Shown here one piece after another: positions 50,001 through 60,400 of a stretch of 64,000 nucleotides of DNA. Every line of letters begins with the position of its first letter. The first letter of the stretch is position 1. The position numbers were made by a program, and so were the translations under genes. The notes under the pieces were generated by a model. The model saw only the letters and a list, made by a program, of their open reading frames with translations, ran no database searches and was not told the origin of the DNA. This DNA comes from an uncultured candidate division Zixibacteria bacterium (GTDB lineage: Bacteria > Zixibacteria > MSB-5A5 > UBA10806 > 4484-95), in contig CAXXKA010000001.1 of NCBI GenBank assembly GCA_963668625.2, positions 352,001-416,000 of the forward strand. Reading direction: 5' to 3'.

Positions 50001-53000
50001 CCTACGGCAACCTTGCCACTACATACGATGGTACGGTTACATTATCAAATGCCGACAGCCCCGATCTCGACCATGATTTCGTAGCCGGCCACGATGGAAC
50101 TTTCGCATTCGATGGTGATCTGATCGTTTTCAACACCGGTGGTTGGCGTACTTTAATAGTTTCCGATGATACTTTCGGTTTGGCCGATACATCCTCGCCA
50201 ATACAGGTGCTGGGAACTTCATCCATAAGCTCGTTCGATATAACTGCTCCGTCGGACGCCGATGCCGGGGCAGCGTTCAGCGTTAATATCAGCAATGCTC
50301 GTGACCAGTTTAACAACCTGACCTCGGGTACGGTTACGATACAGGCGGTAAGCGGCGCCGGCAATGCTCCTGACGGCTCGAGTCCATCCTTCCACGATGT
50401 TTCGATAACCAATGGTGTTGGCTCGGCGAGCCAGGTGCTGGTTCTGACAGGTACGGCACGCTTGAGAGGTGTAGCGGGCAGTTTTGCCGATACTACCGGC
50501 AATATTACGGTATCGCCGGGTACTCCGGATAAGATAGAGATTACCGATTGTCCTGAAAGTGTAACTGCCGGCAATGGTTTTTCGACCGATCCGATTGTTA
50601 CTATCTACGATTCTTATGAAAATATCGCAACTGACTATACAGGCGAAGTAACTTTTAGCGGCATAGCCACCACACACGCACCATACACATTTATAGGCGG
50701 TGATGCCGGGCAACATACATTCCCTGGAAGCTCTTTCATACCGGAAGAATCCGGGATCAAGCGGGTGATCGTAACCGAGGATCAAGCCTCGCTGGTCGAC
50801 ACCTCCGAGCAATTCACGGTTTATCCCAATGTTATAGCCGGATTCGATTTTGGCGCCGTTGGTGGCGCCACCGCGGGCGTACCCTTCAGCTTAAGTGTAT
50901 CCAACGCGGTAGATCAGTTTGATAATGCCGCCTCGGGTACTATTACCGTTGTAGGTTATACCGGCGCAGGCAACGCTCCCGATGGCTCGGTGCCCTCGTT
51001 TAACAATATCGCTATAACCAATGGGTCGGGGTCAGGTGATCAGGTGCTTGTGCTTACCGGTAACGCTCGTATAAGAGGTTTTTCTGGTTCAGCGGCGGAT
51101 ACCACTAGCACGTTTACCGTTGCTCCCGGAGCTTTTGGCGAGTTACGCATAACCAATACACCTGATACCGTAACCGCAGGCTCGAATTTCTCGACTGACC
51201 CGGTTGTTACCTCATATGATTTATTCGGAAATCTCGCAACCAATTACACCGGCACTATCACATTCGACGGAATTAACCAGGTGCCTTCGGATTATCCATT
51301 CGTAGGCGGGGATAATGGTCAACATTCGTTTTTAGGTTCCGGGTTCAGCCCGCATACAGCCGGTTTCAGACGTCTGATAGTAAGAGACGATGCCGCCTCG
51401 ATCTCGGATACCTCCAACCCGATACAGGTTTATCCTGATACGATTAATTCATTCAGTTTCGCCGCAATCGGTAGCCAAACTGCGGGTGTTCCTTTCGTGC
51501 TGACAGTATCCAACGCTATTGATGCGTATGGCAACAACACCTCGGGTGTTATCGATATCGATACGGTCGGATCATTGAACTCGCCCAACGGCGATTCTCC
51601 CATTATCAACGATATCAACGTGACCGACGGCTCGGGCAGCGCGCAGCAGACATTGGTATTGACCGGCGGATCCGTGCAGCTTAGAGGATCATATAGTACA
51701 TTAGAGGTAACCACCAATACGTTTGCCGTAAATCCCGGCGTGTTGGGTGAGCTTGATGTTGCTGTTAGCTCGCCACAGATATCGGGTGTACCGTTTACCG
51801 CACCCTCGACGATTACTGCAATCGATGTTTTTGGCAACGATAAAACGAATTTCTCGGCTGCCGGTAATAATATCACGATAACCGCCTCCAACGGCGGCGA
51901 TATGGCGGATAATATATTGGATGAGGATTCGGATTTTACAAACGAATTAGCTGATTTGAACGCGCTCGGTGTCACCTATAGCGGCGCCGGCGGCCAGGTA
52001 ACTTTCACCGCTGCCGCGCAATCCGGAATAACCGGTGAGTCCAATGTAGTGCAGATAGGCTCCATACGCGCCGATGATATCTCGCTCGACCTGCGACAGG
52101 TTGTCAGTGGCGATACGGCCAGGGGGACGGTAAGAGTTACTAACCTTGGCAATGTGGCTGCGACTATCACGGATATTATCATTAAAACGGATCCGGAAAT
52201 GTTTAGCCCCTCGTATACGCCGCCTTTAGGCAGCGTTCCGGGCGGCACTGACCAGACCTATGATTTCAAATTCGTGGTGAACACGTTATCCTCGGGCAGC
52301 TATCCGCTCACGATGATTGTCAATGCCAACTATTCCTCGATTATCACCTCCGATACCTTAATCGGCAGAGATACCCTGATTATAGTTACTGAGTCTAACC
52401 TGACTGATATATCCGGCAGTTTGACTCCCGATACGATTTCCAGCGGCTCGGATTACAGCCTGGCGTTCGAGGTTATAAACAATGGTGAAGCGGCTCTTAA
52501 CATTGCAGACTCATCTTATATAACCTTTACCGATGGCAGCGAAACATACATGGCTGAGCTCGCCCAGAACAGTTACGTGGGCGCCGGTGATCAGACTTAT
52601 CTGTATTTCAATTCGGCATCCGTGAATGCTGCTTTTATACCTAATTCCTATAGTGTCAGTTTCCAAATTTATGGCTATGATATACATAGAGTTATTGATG
52701 ATCTTATAACGATAACAGATGATATAATGGTGCAATCACCCAGCAATATAACATATTTGGCGAACCTTACGCCGTTAACTCTTCTAACAGGCGCTGAGGT
52801 ACGTTTCTCGGCCAGGGTTAGCAATTCCGCCCAGGCCGATTTGATTATCAATCCCGATCAGACGAAAATAACATTCAGCGATGTAAATGAAAATCAATAC
52901 ATAGCCTATATCGATACTGCCGCCGCATACCACGTGGAGGTTATTGAGGGTGGAGGCGATACCACTCTGACATTCGTGCGTGAACTGCTGTTACCCGGTT

Positions 53001-55303
53001 TCACGGCCGGCAACTACACCCCGACCATTACCATAGCCGGGACGCAGAATCAGCGCTCCTATTCGGCTAATGTGCCAACCGAATCTATCCTCATATTACA
53101 ACCGGGTGAGGTCAGGATGGATTCGCTTTATACGGTCGCGCCGAACTCGCCCAAGGTAAACGCCAATCAGGAATTTACCATTCACGGCTTTATCAGTAAC
53201 CTGGGTAACGAGATAGTGGATTCGGTTCATATAGTGATGTCCACGGATGGCGGCTCGACATTTAATGACACTGTCGATGTCGGTACGATTAACAGTCTTG
53301 ATGGCGCGGCGTTCGATTATACCGTAACGGCGGCATCATCGCCGAATTTGTTAGAGGCATTTTACGTTGAGATAGAGAAAGCGGTAAACAGGCTATCACA
53401 CGATGATTCGCCTATAGCCACGCCTTTAGATAACGGCACGGTAGCTATTATTGAAAATGACGCGATATTCGAACTGGATACATTATATCTCACGGATGAT
53501 TCACTTTCCACCGGGCAGGCATTCACCGTTTACACACGAGTAGTGCACACCGGCAGTGAAAGCTACGATGGCACGAACCAGTTGATTATTGATCTCGGCG
53601 GTGATAGTGAATATTTAGTAGCCGATTCGCTGCCCCGCGATTTCTCGATCGGCCAGCTCGTATCATGGAACGTGACCGCACCCGAAACAGAGCGAAACGC
53701 CACGACAGTCACGGTATCGTTTAACGGCGAGATTGTCGATTTAAACGACAGCACAACCGCGCTGGGGCCGGATTCGGTGTTGAATTCGACGATTCAGGTC
53801 ACTTCAGAGGCCGCTATTGCGCACAGGCCGATGCTTGTCTCGCCCTCGGGGGCTACCGATAGCGTGCTCTCGACAGGCCAATCACTGGTAGTATCCGATT
53901 CGTTATTCCCGACCGGCAACGTGGCCACGAGCTACGGCCGTTTAACCTTGCCGGAGGGATTCTCCAGTTCCGATCCGCTAACTCAGGAATTATCAGGAAA
54001 CGCGGTAAACTGGTCGATACTCGCCAGCGAGCAGGAAAAAATAGATTCGCTGGGATTCGAGTGCTGGACTATCGATTCCAATACCGGCGATATCGCCTAT
54101 AGCGATACTACCTGGATACGAATAGAGGTGGAGAGCAAAGCCACGCTGTCGCTAAACAGCACCGTGACCTCGCCGCCTTCGGCTATGGATAGGATTATCT
54201 CACCCGGAACCGAATTTACGCTTGAAGCTACCGCCTCGAATATCGGCAATGCTGATGTTGGCACGGGCGAGCTTACATTGAGCATTGACACCGATAGGTT
54301 TACTGTCACCGAGGATCTGACCCGGACATTCTCGGCCGGTACGCCGGTTGTCTGGACTATATTCTCGCCCGAGGAACAAATTTTGGATGGTGTGGTGGTT
54401 TCCGTGTTGATGCCAACAGTGGCTAACGATTTGAACACGGGGCTTCCCTCGGTAGTATTGAACGATTCCTCCGGCATGGAGATCATTATAAAACGCGAGC
54501 TGCCCGATCTGGTGCTTCAAAATCCTACGCCGCTTGGCGGAGCCGCCGTAGCGGGTATGCCGTTGGATATTTACCGTCTGACATTCCATAACTCTATAGA
54601 TATCACCAACGATCAGATCGGTATGTACACCTTCGGATTCAGGCTCAAATCGGATGGTGTCAGGATCAGTCCCTCGGATGTTGTATCAGCCTCGGTGCTA
54701 ACTATTAATGATGAGCAGTATGCCGGCGTGTTAAACGATTCGGTTGTGACTTTCAGTATCGATCCGATTTACATAATCGAGCCGGATTCCTCGGTGCTTT
54801 TAACTATCAATGTGACTCCGGTTGCGAACCCCACGTATAGATCGTTTAGTGTAAACTTCCAATCCTCCGATATTTTCGCGAGGGTGATTATCGGTGGTTC
54901 GGCCGAGCAGCAGATTGAGGTCGTATTGCCGGATGGCGAGGATTTCCTTTTGGATGGCGAGACGCTGGCAACCTTAGAGGGCAGTTTCCTGACTTCGACC
55001 AAGGTCAATCAAAATCCGTATATAGCTGCGAACGGGAACTTGAGTATCGGTTATATACTCGAAAATGACGCCACGCTAGATATTACTATTTACAATGTCA
55101 CCGGGGATGTTGTCTGGGAGTATACCGCTAATTCGACCAACGGTTACGGTACTGCCGGGCCTCACTATGATGATGACGTCGCTATTCCCTGGGATGGTAG
55201 AAACTCCAGGGGTGATAAAGTGCTCAGCGGCGTGTATTACATTTTCGTTACAAATAACGCTACCGGGCAAACAACCAATTTGAAGGTGGCTGTAGTATGG
55301 TAA
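47006..55303 (+). CDS. Giant (2765 aa) Ig-like repeat surface protein/adhesin with FlgD-Ig/T9SS-type C-terminal domain
   Basis: Signal peptide; alternating ~100-aa repeats; C-terminal NQNPY...IYNVTGDVV...WDGRNSRG..VLSGVY...KVAVVW. Confidence 0.85.
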   Translation: MQSLSLKAILIISLIAVLTVPAVADIYYSEIVFSDDIDNQIEFRITPSDYQAISAEINGRMWPVSQFSDNEYSVTGFGKLNSGQPIKVLYEGYDVNSLDKVSLELIGTNGDISYNRFPGLALDLIPLQSVTDTLRSGIAGDSDAHKIGFDISTNQIMEKGEIWITFEAGFDAGGLVSLDSISYSDDDPANNGSEPTITSVSVITRTVILKLDSGTPASPNSRVNVEIKPVNNSIIAGDYSVTVQTLDSLGALVHIPTSSNAFILDPDVLNSVAVTPGGDMNIPSDSIVVFSAAGHDQYGNAIDGLTYTWAITVDSCGTINNGTFQAKKLGDCYITATTGGFADSSGVLTVEASDLDRFAMTGYPASVQAGQVFPIPIALTAYDVNDNIIYDLADSIYFFSSDDSAAFTYDSDNWLDIDTGQVSIPGNNFTLKLAGSQTITVTNGTQSTTSSSITVSSTLIDDFSFSAVGDQTAGVSFNLSVTGAVDQYGNPASGNVIVDDVVGGNSPDGDPPVLNNITVTNGSGQAGQLLTNAVASTLEGVGGSATVQTNSFTVNPGVVGRLILTGYPDEATAGEQFTSDPLVTVKDIFGNLKTNYTGTIHFKGPETVPSPYTFVTPHAGSHTFPDNQFAFQTAGLKRLYVFNADSSLADTSSAIDVSANIISSFSFTALGSVTAGSPFSISVSNALDQYGNSASGTITVTDSSGAGNSPDGSSPSLNDIIVNNGSGSANQILVDVGAAIIRGISEASTVQAVNITVNPAAGAQLVLTDTPDTITAGLDFSTQSIDPTVTVLDSYGNIATGYGGTVSFNNIENRDGPHTFIPADLGVYRFDGGNFSFEAAGARKIIATDGVLADTSSIVEVYPAAITSYDLNAPPSVVAGTAFTLSVANAVDQFSNDASGTVVITDSLGAGGSPDGSMPSLNNIEVSGGVGSAQQVLVDSVAAARLKGAVNGVVRGTSDITVAPANANELVLSNYPDTITAGQAFPSPANDPLVTLKDAYGNLATTYDGTVTLSNADSPDLDHDFVAGHDGTFAFDGDLIVFNTGGWRTLIVSDDTFGLADTSSPIQVLGTSSISSFDITAPSDADAGAAFSVNISNARDQFNNLTSGTVTIQAVSGAGNAPDGSSPSFHDVSITNGVGSASQVLVLTGTARLRGVAGSFADTTGNITVSPGTPDKIEITDCPESVTAGNGFSTDPIVTIYDSYENIATDYTGEVTFSGIATTHAPYTFIGGDAGQHTFPGSSFIPEESGIKRVIVTEDQASLVDTSEQFTVYPNVIAGFDFGAVGGATAGVPFSLSVSNAVDQFDNAASGTITVVGYTGAGNAPDGSVPSFNNIAITNGSGSGDQVLVLTGNARIRGFSGSAADTTSTFTVAPGAFGELRITNTPDTVTAGSNFSTDPVVTSYDLFGNLATNYTGTITFDGINQVPSDYPFVGGDNGQHSFLGSGFSPHTAGFRRLIVRDDAASISDTSNPIQVYPDTINSFSFAAIGSQTAGVPFVLTVSNAIDAYGNNTSGVIDIDTVGSLNSPNGDSPIINDINVTDGSGSAQQTLVLTGGSVQLRGSYSTLEVTTNTFAVNPGVLGELDVAVSSPQISGVPFTAPSTITAIDVFGNDKTNFSAAGNNITITASNGGDMADNILDEDSDFTNELADLNALGVTYSGAGGQVTFTAAAQSGITGESNVVQIGSIRADDISLDLRQVVSGDTARGTVRVTNLGNVAATITDIIIKTDPEMFSPSYTPPLGSVPGGTDQTYDFKFVVNTLSSGSYPLTMIVNANYSSIITSDTLIGRDTLIIVTESNLTDISGSLTPDTISSGSDYSLAFEVINNGEAALNIADSSYITFTDGSETYMAELAQNSYVGAGDQTYLYFNSASVNAAFIPNSYSVSFQIYGYDIHRVIDDLITITDDIMVQSPSNITYLANLTPLTLLTGAEVRFSARVSNSAQADLIINPDQTKITFSDVNENQYIAYIDTAAAYHVEVIEGGGDTTLTFVRELLLPGFTAGNYTPTITIAGTQNQRSYSANVPTESILILQPGEVRMDSLYTVAPNSPKVNANQEFTIHGFISNLGNEIVDSVHIVMSTDGGSTFNDTVDVGTINSLDGAAFDYTVTAASSPNLLEAFYVEIEKAVNRLSHDDSPIATPLDNGTVAIIENDAIFELDTLYLTDDSLSTGQAFTVYTRVVHTGSESYDGTNQLIIDLGGDSEYLVADSLPRDFSIGQLVSWNVTAPETERNATTVTVSFNGEIVDLNDSTTALGPDSVLNSTIQVTSEAAIAHRPMLVSPSGATDSVLSTGQSLVVSDSLFPTGNVATSYGRLTLPEGFSSSDPLTQELSGNAVNWSILASEQEKIDSLGFECWTIDSNTGDIAYSDTTWIRIEVESKATLSLNSTVTSPPSAMDRIISPGTEFTLEATASNIGNADVGTGELTLSIDTDRFTVTEDLTRTFSAGTPVVWTIFSPEEQILDGVVVSVLMPTVANDLNTGLPSVVLNDSSGMEIIIKRELPDLVLQNPTPLGGAAVAGMPLDIYRLTFHNSIDITNDQIGMYTFGFRLKSDGVRISPSDVVSASVLTINDEQYAGVLNDSVVTFSIDPIYIIEPDSSVLLTINVTPVANPTYRSFSVNFQSSDIFARVIIGGSAEQQIEVVLPDGEDFLLDGETLATLEGSFLTSTKVNQNPYIAANGNLSIGYILENDATLDITIYNVTGDVVWEYTANSTNGYGTAGPHYDDDVAIPWDGRNSRGDKVLSGVYYIFVTNNATGQTTNLKVAVVW

Positions 55304-57111
55304 GAAAATATATTATAATACTCATACTGCTTTTCACCTCGTTATCGTTCGCCGGTAACGGTGGGTATCGTTCGCCGTTTGCGGTAGGATTCGGCGCTCG
55401 TCAATTGGGAATGGGCGGCGCGACCGTAGCAAATATTAAATCCTCGAGCTCGATATTCTGGAACCCGGCCGGATTGGCTAATGTCGATAGATCCGAGATA
55501 CAGCTTTTTCACATGTCACTGTTCATGGATACCCGCTATGATTTCTTCGCCTTAGCTTACCCGACAACCTCGCTGGGCGCGTTCGGTATCGGTGTCGGCG
55601 ATCTGTCCTCGGGCGAGTTTGACAGGATAGAGGACTATGTCACGATCGGGACTTTCTCCAGCCGCCAGGATATTTTCATGTTCGGTTACGGCTCCGAACT
55701 GTTCCGGGGCTTATATACCGGTATGACTATCAAAGGTGTGCATTACGATATCGCAGGCTATAAAGATTCAGGATTCGGTTTCGATGTCGGTATGATGTAT
55801 AATTTCGGTTTCATGAAAGGCTTGTCTGTCGGTTTCAAGGGGACCGATCTGGGGGGGCCGAATATCAGGCTCAACTCCACCGATCAGGGTTACCCGACTG
55901 CCTACCGGGGCGGGCTGGCTTACGAGACTCATCCCGGTGACAAACATAGCGTTTTAGTTAATTTCGATTATGAGAACACCGAAAAGCTCGGTTCTGATAT
56001 CTACGTCGGGGGAGAGTTCGGGTTTAATGATATGTTGTTCTTACGGGCCGGTTATATGGCTGATAAGCTGACGTTCGGAAGCGGTCTGTCATATCATGGG
56101 TTCAATATAGACTACGCATTAGCCTCCATGTCCGACCTGGAAACTTCGCATCGTATCTCGGTGAGCTACGCTTTCGGTGGCTCGGTTCGGGCCAAGCGTG
56201 ATTCACGAGAGAGCAGGATCGCCGAAAGACGTTTGAACGATTACAAAGATGAGCAAGAGTCCGAGCGCAAGAGTAAGCTCGATAAAGAGCTGGAAAAAGC
56301 AGAATCGCTGGAGGACGAGGGTAAAACCTACGAGGCCATCGAATCATACTATCGTGTTCTGGCTCTGGATGTGCAAAACGAGAAAGCCTCGAATAAAGTA
56401 ACAGTATTGTTCGAACGAATCCGTCAGGATATAGCCAATGATGCCGGTAAGGGCTATACGGATCAACTTATGCAAAGCCAGATAGAACTGGGTGATAGCT
56501 ATTTTGAACGGAAACAATACAAGGACGCCGAGGAACAGTACAACCTGGCTTTAATTCTTAATCCTGAAAATCAATATGCAAAAGACCGTTTGGCCGAGAT
56601 CGAACAGATCAGCCTGGATGAAATAGATGCATTGAATAATTCGGCCAACAGCCAGATAACCAACGGCAACTACGACGCGGCTCTGGAGTCGGTCAGCAAA
56701 GCGCTGGCAATCGATCCGAATAACAGGGTCACGCTGGCAGGACGAGATAGGATCATCAATTTAGTCGAGTCCTCTAAGTATTTGAATGAAGCCCTGAAAT
56801 ATTTCGATCAGGCCGATTATACCAGGTCGGCAGCTCTAGTCGATTCCGCCCTGGCGAGCAACCCTAATTCCGAAGGCGCAAAAAGCTTAAAACGTCAACT
56901 GGCTAAATATACCGCTGATGTTACCACGCTCGAGGATATCAAGAAAAACAATGACCACTGGAGCACATATCTCCAGGGCATGGAAAAATACCAGGCGGGT
57001 GAATATAAAGAGGCGATTAAGCTCTGGCAATCGTTGCTCGAATCATATCCCAATAATCCAAACCTGAAACGGAATATCGAACAGGCTGCCGAAAGAGCGG
57101 CTAATGAGTAA
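55297..57111 (+). CDS. PorV/PorQ-like (UPF0164) outer-membrane barrel fused to TPR domain
   Basis: GFGARQLGMGGA..A, IFWNPAGLA, HRISVSYAF barrel end, then coiled-coil and TPRs; overlaps the adhesin stop. Confidence 0.8.
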   Translation: MVRKYIIILILLFTSLSFAGNGGYRSPFAVGFGARQLGMGGATVANIKSSSSIFWNPAGLANVDRSEIQLFHMSLFMDTRYDFFALAYPTTSLGAFGIGVGDLSSGEFDRIEDYVTIGTFSSRQDIFMFGYGSELFRGLYTGMTIKGVHYDIAGYKDSGFGFDVGMMYNFGFMKGLSVGFKGTDLGGPNIRLNSTDQGYPTAYRGGLAYETHPGDKHSVLVNFDYENTEKLGSDIYVGGEFGFNDMLFLRAGYMADKLTFGSGLSYHGFNIDYALASMSDLETSHRISVSYAFGGSVRAKRDSRESRIAERRLNDYKDEQESERKSKLDKELEKAESLEDEGKTYEAIESYYRVLALDVQNEKASNKVTVLFERIRQDIANDAGKGYTDQLMQSQIELGDSYFERKQYKDAEEQYNLALILNPENQYAKDRLAEIEQISLDEIDALNNSANSQITNGNYDAALESVSKALAIDPNNRVTLAGRDRIINLVESSKYLNEALKYFDQADYTRSAALVDSALASNPNSEGAKSLKRQLAKYTADVTTLEDIKKNNDHWSTYLQGMEKYQAGEYKEAIKLWQSLLESYPNNPNLKRNIEQAAERAANE

Positions 57112-57143
57112 TTAGAGATTCCACATCGGAGAAAATTTAAAGC

Positions 57144-57175
57144 GGGGGTGTTCGATCGAACGCCTCTTTTTTTTT
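57144..57175 (+). terminator. Intrinsic terminator
   Basis: gggggtgttcgatcgaacgcctc hairpin followed by T9. Confidence 0.75.
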
Positions 57176-57468
57176 AGGTGTCATTCAGCACCAAAGAGGA
57201 TATACAAATCTAACCGCAGGCTTATCAACAAAGACGTTTTTTCATTCGGATGCCGGCTACTTTAAGAGCCCGGGGATTCCTGTCGGGAGTATTTTATTGG
57301 TGTTAAAACCGCAGGTATTTAACCTGCTCATCACTACCATCCCAATTGCCGGCAAGATCGAATATAAACAAAACTGATTTCCTGCCGAAAATCTGTAAAG
57401 CATGCGATTCATCTTTACTTTGTGGCTTTTTTCAACTATACTGTAAGTTTATAAGAGAGGGACGGATA

Positions 57469-60400
57469 GTGTTTAAGAAACCGACTGAAATATTCATGAG
57501 TTTCAACGCCGAGGAGAGTATGCTCCCGGATATCAGGAGCTCGATCGACGACACTATCAAAGATCTCGGCCTTAGTTCCAAGGATAAAAACGGTATACTC
57601 CTGGCTATCGAGGAGGCTTGCACTAACGTTATTCGTCACGCTTACCTTTATGGCCCGGGTACGATCCGCCTTAAAATCAGGATGCAGCCAACGCGGGTGA
57701 CATTTTCTATTTATGATAAAGGTCGGCGTTTCGATTTCGATCACACCGATACGCCCGATCTGGATCGTTATATTAAAACCGGCAGGAAAGGCGGCCTCGG
57801 CTTATATCTAATCCGCAAAATGATGGATTCCGTCGATTACTATTCGCGCGGAGATGAGAACGAACTGCGGATGATCAAAGAGGTCAAGCCGCGCAAGCAG
57901 GCCGTGTTGAAAACGCGGGGCATGACGATCCGCCTGAAATTTGCTATCTGGGCATCGCTGGTGGTATTCGGTATGGTAGCTGCGATCTCCCTGTACTATA
58001 ATCATCGAAATTCAGTCGCTGTTGAAGAACGTTTTTTCGAGGAAGCCCGTAATGTCGCTCAGACAACGGCCTTGAACGCCGCCGATAAAATCGCGGTCGA
58101 TAACGAACTGGAATTGGCCGGGCTGGCTAACTCGCTAATGAACGGTAATCCAAATTTAGCATATGTTACCATAGTCGATGAAAATAATCTGGTCTGGGCG
58201 GATGTTCTCGATCCCTCTAAATTCTACTCGCAATACGCTTACCCGGCAGGCGTGGATTCCTCTCTCGAGGGAGTATTCCAGAAATATGTCAATAGCGATG
58301 GCGAAGCTATTTACCACTTGATAAAAAAAATATCTCATAACGAGCATACTCTCGGGTATGTAAACCTGGGATTCTCCGAAACGGCATTAGGCGATCTGCT
58401 AAAATCCTCACAACACTCGATCCTTCTGTTTGCCTTAATGGGATTGGTTATAGGTTTGACGGCGGTGTACTTGTTGTCGGCTTACTTTGTCAAACCGATA
58501 CAGAAACTCACCGAAGGCGTCTTGAAAATCGGACAGGGCAATCTTGAAGAGGCGCTGCCGGTAGAGGGCGAGGACGAGTTCTCCGAGATAGCGCGGGCAT
58601 TTAACGAGATCACCACCAAGTTCAAGAAAGCCCAGGTCAATGTTGTCGAACAGGAACGTATGCAGAAGGAGATGCAGGTTGCCCAGGAGATTCAGCATGC
58701 GCTACTGCCTAACAGGTTCCCCGAGATCGAGGGTTATGAGTTGGCGGCGGTTTATCGGGCGGCCAAGGATGTCGGCGGTGACTATTTCGATTTCGTCTGG
58801 ATAGACGAAGATACGCTGGGGATAGCGGTGGCGGATGTCTCCGGTAAAGGAGTGCCGGGCTCGCTGGTCATGACAATGATTCGTACGGCTATCAGGCTCG
58901 AATCGCGCGGTAACCAGAACCCCAGTGAGATTCTGGCGAAAGTTAACGATTTCGTGGCGGAGGATGTCAAGAAGGGTATGTTCATCACGATATTCTTCAT
59001 TATTCTCGACTCTAAAAGTCGCCAGATATCGTTTGCCTCGGCCGGCCATAATCCTATGATATTGTATCGAAAAGATTCCGATAAATGCTATTTTCTGAAT
59101 CCCAAGGGCATGCCGTTGGGATTAACCCTGCCGGATAATATATCATTCGGCGGTGATCTCCAGACCGACAGGCTGAAGCTGAAAAAGGATGATATGCTGG
59201 TGATTTACACCGATGGTATCACCGAGGCGATGAACACCCGCTCCGAGCAGTACGGTAACGATCGGCTGATCGATTTTATACGCGATAACGCTCATTTAAC
59301 CCCCGATGACTTCGCCAAGATGCTCGATAAGGACCTGGCTCATTTTACCGGCAACGCTCCTCAAAATGATGATATCACTCTGGTTGTGGTTAAAGAGAAA
59401 ATCATGGCCGATGAGATCATTCTGGAAAAACGCAAGCAACTGCTTATGATGGTCGAAAACGAGGGTGTTCCGATAGCCGATGCTTGCAAGGAGATGGGCG
59501 TTTCGGTTTCGACATTCTATAAATACCGTCGCCGCTGGAAACGCGAGGGCGCGGCCGGCTTGCTGAATAAACGTCTCAGGGCGGATGAGGGAATCAAACA
59601 GTTGCCGTATCAGGCGCGCAAGGTTCTGCTGGATGTCGTCCGTGAAAATCCGGAATGGGGCGCCTCGAGACTTCAGCAAAGAATGGCCGAAATAGGCGAA
59701 AGCTTCACTGTCAAGAATGTTTATGATGAACTGGTTAATATGAGGCTCAATACCAAGAAACTCCGCCTGGCTTATGTTGAAAGGGTTGGCCATTTAAAAC
59801 CCGAACAGAAGGAGATGCTCGAAAAAGAGATATTGCGCGACGCCCAGAAAGAGGTAGATCGCTCCGAGTATGTCGATGGCCTTGAGAAAAATATCGAGAA
59901 ACGAGAGGTTGAAAAGATAACCCAGGAAACAGGCCGGGTAATTTCTCAGTTGAAAAAGTTAAAACCGGCACTGGAAAACGATAAAGTATATTCGGAGATT
60001 TCGAAAGAACTTGAAAAACTAGAAGGCGGCGAAGAGATTGCCGGATTGTTCAAGACGATCATGCGGAAAGTGGATGATACTATTCCCACCGCTGCTGAAC
60101 CGCAAACGCCGGTTTCATCACCCGAACCAGAGGCTGAAACAGAACCATCGAAGCCAGAGGCGGTGCCTGTACCCGAGCCTGAACCAGTACCTGAACCGGA
60201 GGCCATAAATGTATCGGCCACCCCGGAGGCTAAATTCGAGGAAGAGGTATCCGAGCCCTTAGAGATCAGACCCGATGAAAAAGTGTCCGAACCTGGGGAA
60301 ATGCCGACAGTAAAAAGAGTGGAGGTCGCTCCTCAAAGTGATGAGAAGATTGAGATAAATTTGAAAGCGAAATCCGCGGATAAAGATGATAAAAAGGAAA

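Noticed and set aside
48374-55270. Many minus-strand ORFs within the adhesin gene
   Set aside because: Antisense shadows arising from codon bias of the Thr/Ser/Gly-rich repeat protein
57346-57468. N-terminal Cys-rich extension of the RsbW-PP2C fusion
   Set aside because: GTG 57469 has a good SD and begins at the kinase domain; the upstream TTG extension is likely not translated
57176-57468. c-di-GMP riboswitch upstream of the signalling operon
   Set aside because: No GEMM-type consensus recognisable by eye; an Infernal search would be needed to exclude it
59413-59830. Intact IS481/IS3 insertion sequence
   Set aside because: Only the HTH region is present, in frame within a larger ORF; no DDE domain, terminal inverted repeats or target duplication seen
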